Below, in pieces: positions 59,002 to 64,000 of a stretch of 64,000 nucleotides of DNA (positions are counted from its first letter, which is position 1; every line of letters begins with the position of its first letter). Below the pieces are notes generated by a model, which searched no databases, was not told where the DNA came from, and saw nothing but the letters and a program-made list of their open reading frames with translations. A program made the position numbers and the translations under genes. Source of the DNA: an uncultured Chloroflexia bacterium (GTDB taxonomy: Bacteria > Chloroflexota > Limnocylindria > Limnocylindrales > CSP1-4); NCBI GenBank assembly GCA_963768655.1, contig CAVYIM010000005.1:224001-288000 (forward strand), in the 5' to 3' direction.

Positions 59002-61551
59002 CTACCCGGGCCCCGAGCCGGGCGCTGCCAGGAGCTGGCGCGCCATGGCCCGGACGGTCGCGGCGTCGGTGGCGGCAAGGGCTGCTCGCCCGAGTTCGGC
59101 CAGCTGGGCGCGCGTGACGCCGGCGAGGGCGGCGCGAATCCCGTCCATTGAGCCCGCGTCGGCCGAGAGCTCGTCCACGCCCAGTCCGACCAGCACCAGC
59201 GCCCCCAGAGGGTCTCCTGCCAGCTCGCCGCAGACGGCCACCGGGATGCCGGTCTCGTCCGCCCCGGACACCACGTTGCGGATCAGGCGCAAGACGGCGG
59301 GGTGCAGCGCATCCTGCAGCTGCCCGAGGGCGGGGTTGCCGCGGTCGGCGGCGAGCGTGTACTGGGTGAGGTCGTTGGTGCCGATCGAGAAGAAGTCCAC
59401 CAGTCGGGCCAGCTCGGGGGCCTGAAGTGCGGCCGATGGGACTTCCACCATCACCCCCGCGACCATGCGATCGGGCAGCGGGCTCCCCGCCTTCGCCGCG
59501 CCGGCTCGGGCCTCGTCACGCAGCTCGAGGAAGAGGCGCGCGTCGGCCAGGGTCGAAACCATGGCAGCCATGACGTGAGGCGTGACTCCTGCGAGGCCTG
59601 CCGCTCGCCAGATCGCCCGCAGTTGCGTCAGGAGCAGCTCCTTCGAGCCGTGATCCGCGAGGCGGATGGCACGGACCCCCAGGAACGGATTGGCCTCTGC
59701 CGGCAGGCCCAGGAACGGCAGCGCCTTGTCGCCACCGATGTCCGCCAGGCGAACGACAACGGGTCGATCGGGCCCGAAGGCTTCGAAGACGGTCCGATAG
59801 GCGGCCACCTGTTCGGCCTCCGACGGCGCGCTCTGGCGTTTCATGAACAGGAACTCGGTCCGGAAGAGTCCCACTCCCTCGGCGCCGACCTCGAGTGCGC
59901 GGGCCGAGTCCTGCGGGCCGCCGATGTTGGCCAGCAGAGCCACCCGGGCCCCGTCGGCGGTCGCTCCCGGTTTGCCGCGAAGGGCGGCAGCAGCGCGGCG
60001 GCGGCCGGCGAGGGCCCGGGCACGGGCGGTGAACTCGGCCCGCGTGGTCACGTCCGGATCGAGGGCGACCTCGCCCGTCTCGCCGTCGATGGCGATCGTC
60101 GACGCGTTCCCGGCGGCCTGCAGGAGACCGGGCACCGCCACGACGGCGGGGATTCCCCGGCCGCGGGCGAGGATCACGACGTGCGCGGTCGCCGAGCCGC
60201 CCTGGATGGCCACGCCGATCAGGAGGTCCTCCGGGATCTCCTCCGCGACCGACGGCGGCAGATCCTCGGCGACCGCGATCGAAGGAACCGCCGGCAGGGT
60301 CAGCGACTCACCCCGGATGATCCGGGCGATCCTGGCACCCACGTCCCGGAAGTCCGCGCCGCGGGCTGCGAGCAGCTCGTTCGTCAGGGCTTCCATGCCG
60401 GCCGCCGCCGCCGCCGCAGCCGACTCGACGGCCGCGGCCGGATCCTGGCCCGCAGCCGCGCGCGCGACGGCGTCGTCCAGGACCTGCGGGTCGCAGGCAA
60501 TGACGGCCTGGGCTTCGAAGATGCCGGCGTCCTCGTCTCGACCGTGCCCCCGAACCCGCGCCGCCAGGGCGTTGAGCTGGGCGGCCGCTCCCGCGGCCGC
60601 GGCGCGGATGACTTCGCCCGGGTCGGACGTCGCGCCGGCCGGGTGAGCGGTGGCCCCCGACAGTGGCCGCGAAACGTAGACCCACACCGGCCCGACGGCC
60701 ACGCCTGCGGCGCCGGCAGTCCCCGCGATCGCTCCGGCCAGGCGCGGGCGCGGCGCTGCGGGCGGGATTTCGGCCGCAGCAGGCAGCTCCGGTCGAGCGC
60801 CCGCCGTCTTGCCCTCGCCGAAACCGCCGGCGACCAGCGACAGCAGCGCCGCGAGTGCGGCGTCCTGGTCCTCTCCTTCCGCCGAGACACGGATGACGTG
60901 GCCTTGCGCCGCTCCACTCGAAGCAACGGCTGCCATGCTCTTGGCATCGGCGGGCGCCGTGCCGCCGGTCAGGTTCTCGAGCCAGATCGACGATCGGAAC
61001 CGGGACGCGGTCGTGACGAACTCGGCCGCTGGCCGGGCATGCAGACCCGCCGGGTTCCTGACTTCGACCGTGAACATATGGGCCGCGAGACCCGGGCCGG
61101 CCTCCGCAGCCGGCTGGGGATTCGACTCCTCGTCCCCGGCGTGCTTTTGCATCGACGCCGCGGCCTCGGCCTCCCGGAGGACGCCCTCCAGCGCCGCGCC
61201 GCCCCTGGCCTGGACCGCCGCGACAATCGCGCCTTCGACGATCGGCCCGCCGCTCAGTCGCGTTCGGCCGGCCACTTCCGGATCGAGCATGTCCAGGGCC
61301 AGCTTCGTGCTCAGGACCGCGCTGCCCAGGTCCGCCAGCACGAGCACGCCGGCGCCCGTGTCGGCCTGGGCGATCGCCTCGGCAATCAGCGCCGCATCGG
61401 TCCCAATCGTGCCATCGGCCATGCCGCCGGCCGCGATGAGACGCACCTCGGGCCCGGCCATCTGGCGGGCCAGCTCTACGACGCCCTCGGCGATACGCGC
61501 CGAATGGGAGACGACGACGATCCCAACCCTCGGTTCGGCCTGTGCTGCCAA
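59002..61551 (-). CDS. DhaM(EIIA)-HPr-enzyme I multiphosphoryl transfer fusion
   Basis: IVVVSHS/DLGSA (DhaM), GLHARPA (HPr), AHVVIL, GLFRTE, SIGTNDL, VCGE (EI). Confidence 0.92.
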   Translation of the reverse strand: MAAQAEPRVGIVVVSHSARIAEGVVELARQMAGPEVRLIAAGGMADGTIGTDAALIAEAIAQADTGAGVLVLADLGSAVLSTKLALDMLDPEVAGRTRLSGGPIVEGAIVAAVQARGGAALEGVLREAEAAASMQKHAGDEESNPQPAAEAGPGLAAHMFTVEVRNPAGLHARPAAEFVTTASRFRSSIWLENLTGGTAPADAKSMAAVASSGAAQGHVIRVSAEGEDQDAALAALLSLVAGGFGEGKTAGARPELPAAAEIPPAAPRPRLAGAIAGTAGAAGVAVGPVWVYVSRPLSGATAHPAGATSDPGEVIRAAAAGAAAQLNALAARVRGHGRDEDAGIFEAQAVIACDPQVLDDAVARAAAGQDPAAAVESAAAAAAAGMEALTNELLAARGADFRDVGARIARIIRGESLTLPAVPSIAVAEDLPPSVAEEIPEDLLIGVAIQGGSATAHVVILARGRGIPAVVAVPGLLQAAGNASTIAIDGETGEVALDPDVTTRAEFTARARALAGRRRAAAALRGKPGATADGARVALLANIGGPQDSARALEVGAEGVGLFRTEFLFMKRQSAPSEAEQVAAYRTVFEAFGPDRPVVVRLADIGGDKALPFLGLPAEANPFLGVRAIRLADHGSKELLLTQLRAIWRAAGLAGVTPHVMAAMVSTLADARLFLELRDEARAGAAKAGSPLPDRMVAGVMVEVPSAALQAPELARLVDFFSIGTNDLTQYTLAADRGNPALGQLQDALHPAVLRLIRNVVSGADETGIPVAVCGELAGDPLGALVLVGLGVDELSADAGSMDGIRAALAGVTRAQLAELGRAALAATDAATVRAMARQLLAAPGSGPG

Positions 61552-61706
61552 GTCAGCCCTTCCAATTGACGATGTCACTGCCAGGCTGGCCCATGCCAAC
61601 CGTGCCGCGCACCGCGGCCGAGCGCAAGCCATATGGCACAACTCGGCCGGCCGGCGCTGATCTGACCTCGCCGGTCGGCCGTGAGAACGTTCCGATCAGG
61701 TGAAGC

Positions 61707-62315
61707 CTAGGACCACGCGTCTGCCGCGGCCTTCAGGAGCAAGTATGAGGAGGTCGCGCCGGGGTCCTGGTGACCTGCGCTGCGCTCTCCCAGGTAGCTC
61801 GCCCGACCCTTTCGGGCAACCAGCGGGATCGTTGCCGTCATGCCGGCTTCGGCGGCGGCCACGGCCGCGTTCAGAGCTTGCCTCGGCGGTGTCCCGTCGG
61901 CCAGGGCCTGCTTGACGGCGTCCCGGGCCGGCATGAGCGTGTCGAGCATGGTCTTGTCGCCGGGCTCGGCCTTGCCGAGTCGCTGGATGCCGGCAATGCC
62001 GGCGTCCAGCCCCGCGACCCAGTCTCCCAGGCTGACCGAAGGCTTGCCGGACATGGCGATGCCGAATTGCAGGAAGACAGTGCCATAGAGCGGCCCGGCG
62101 GCTCCGCCAACCGTGGAGATGAGCGTGGTCCCGACGGTCTTGCAGACCACGCCTGCCTCGCCGCCGGGAAGGGCATCGACCTTGGGCAGGGCGGCCTGGA
62201 AGCCGCGGTCCATGTTGATGCCGTGATCGCCGTCGCCGATGGCCGAGTCCAGCTCCGTCAGATACACCTTGTTCTCGGCGATGACTCCGGCATAGCGCCG
62301 GACCCAGCCCCGCAT
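61707..62315 (-). CDS. dhaL: dihydroxyacetone kinase subunit DhaL
   Basis: LDSAIGDGDHG, GGAAGPLYG, GDKTMLD, GRASYLGERS; start may be a little upstream. Confidence 0.93.
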   Translation of the reverse strand: MRGWVRRYAGVIAENKVYLTELDSAIGDGDHGINMDRGFQAALPKVDALPGGEAGVVCKTVGTTLISTVGGAAGPLYGTVFLQFGIAMSGKPSVSLGDWVAGLDAGIAGIQRLGKAEPGDKTMLDTLMPARDAVKQALADGTPPRQALNAAVAAAEAGMTATIPLVARKGRASYLGERSAGHQDPGATSSYLLLKAAADAWS

Positions 62316-62408
62316 GTCCTCAAACGACAGAAGGCCAGAATTCGTCCATCGGCGTCGCGACCTCTGATGCCCTGGTTACGTGAGATCAGCCTCTCCGTGC
62401 AGTGCGGC

Positions 62409-63407
<999 letters not shown>

Positions 63408-63698
63408 GCTGGCTCCTCCGCCGATGTTCCATGCCCGGTATACGTCTAGACTGCGGACTCGATTGGCTCGATCGGGCTGTCGAATTGCCTGCTGCGACCA
63501 GACGGAAGCTGCACCGATGGCTGATCCGGAATCTGTCGCACCGTCGAAGTCGTTGGCAGGCAGACAGCACCGCTGGGAGTCTGGCGCTCCGCGTCATCGC
63601 ACTCTATGCCGCCCCGCCCACGGCAAACCTCAATTCATTCTCAGCAACGTTTCGCCTGCCGGCGCCGCCGCGGCCTGTCCCCTACCCGATCGCCTTGC

Positions 63699-64000
63699 CT
63701 ACCCGACCGCCTTGCCGACCAGGCTGCCCAGGCCGAACGTGACCGCCGCGGCGGCCATGCCCAGCAGGACCTGGCGGCCGCCGGTGCGGAGTACGCTCGA
63801 ACCGGTGACGATGGTGATCGCGGCGCCGACGAGCATCAGCGCCACGGCGCTCACGACGATCGAGGCCACGACGGCGGGCAGACCCGTGGCGAAGATGAAC
63901 GGCGAGACGGGCACGATCGCGCCGAGCGCGAACAGGAAGAACGATGTCGCCGCCGCGACCCAGGCGGAGCCGCCCAGCTCTTCTGGGTCGATGCCGAGCT
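63699..64000 (-). CDS. VIT1/CCC1 family membrane transporter (3' part, cut by window edge)
   Basis: LGIDPEELGGSAWVAAATSFFLFALGAIVP...RQVLLG. Confidence 0.8.
   Translation of the reverse strand, partial: LGIDPEELGGSAWVAAATSFFLFALGAIVPVSPFIFATGLPAVVASIVVSAVALMLVGAAITIVTGSSVLRTGGRQVLLGMAAAAVTFGLGSLVGKAVG

Overview
High-GC bacterial chromosome window; gene content and style suggest a soil Chloroflexota or Actinobacteria-like genome (inference). It has three parts. (1) 1-12.7 kb is housekeeping and signalling: GGDEF cyclase, AGE-family epimerase, PAS hybrid kinase, LysM/M23 peptidase, amidase, asnA, cupin. (2) ~12.8-47.7 kb is a ~35 kb accessory/defence island next to the 3' end of tRNA-Gln(CTG). 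It holds a tyrosine-integrase/primase satellite-like element, a type I R-M operon with a Gabija-like gene pair between hsdS and hsdR, seven toxin-antitoxin-like pairs, NERD-helicase, HNH, DUF4268, UNG, a PARG-like macrodomain gene, an HD protein, an IS256 element with an exact 8-bp target duplication, and several gene remnants. (3) 48-64 kb has adenosine deaminase, glnS and a sugar-catabolism cluster with two DhaK/DhaL pairs and one DhaM-HPr-EI fusion. The most unusual signal: three short, same-orientation copies of pieces of the hsdR helicase core sit at junctions between cargo modules. Many frameshifts are single-base indels in short homopolymers and look like long-read errors, so most 'broken' genes are probably intact. 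Protein family calls are motif recognition by eye, not database searches.
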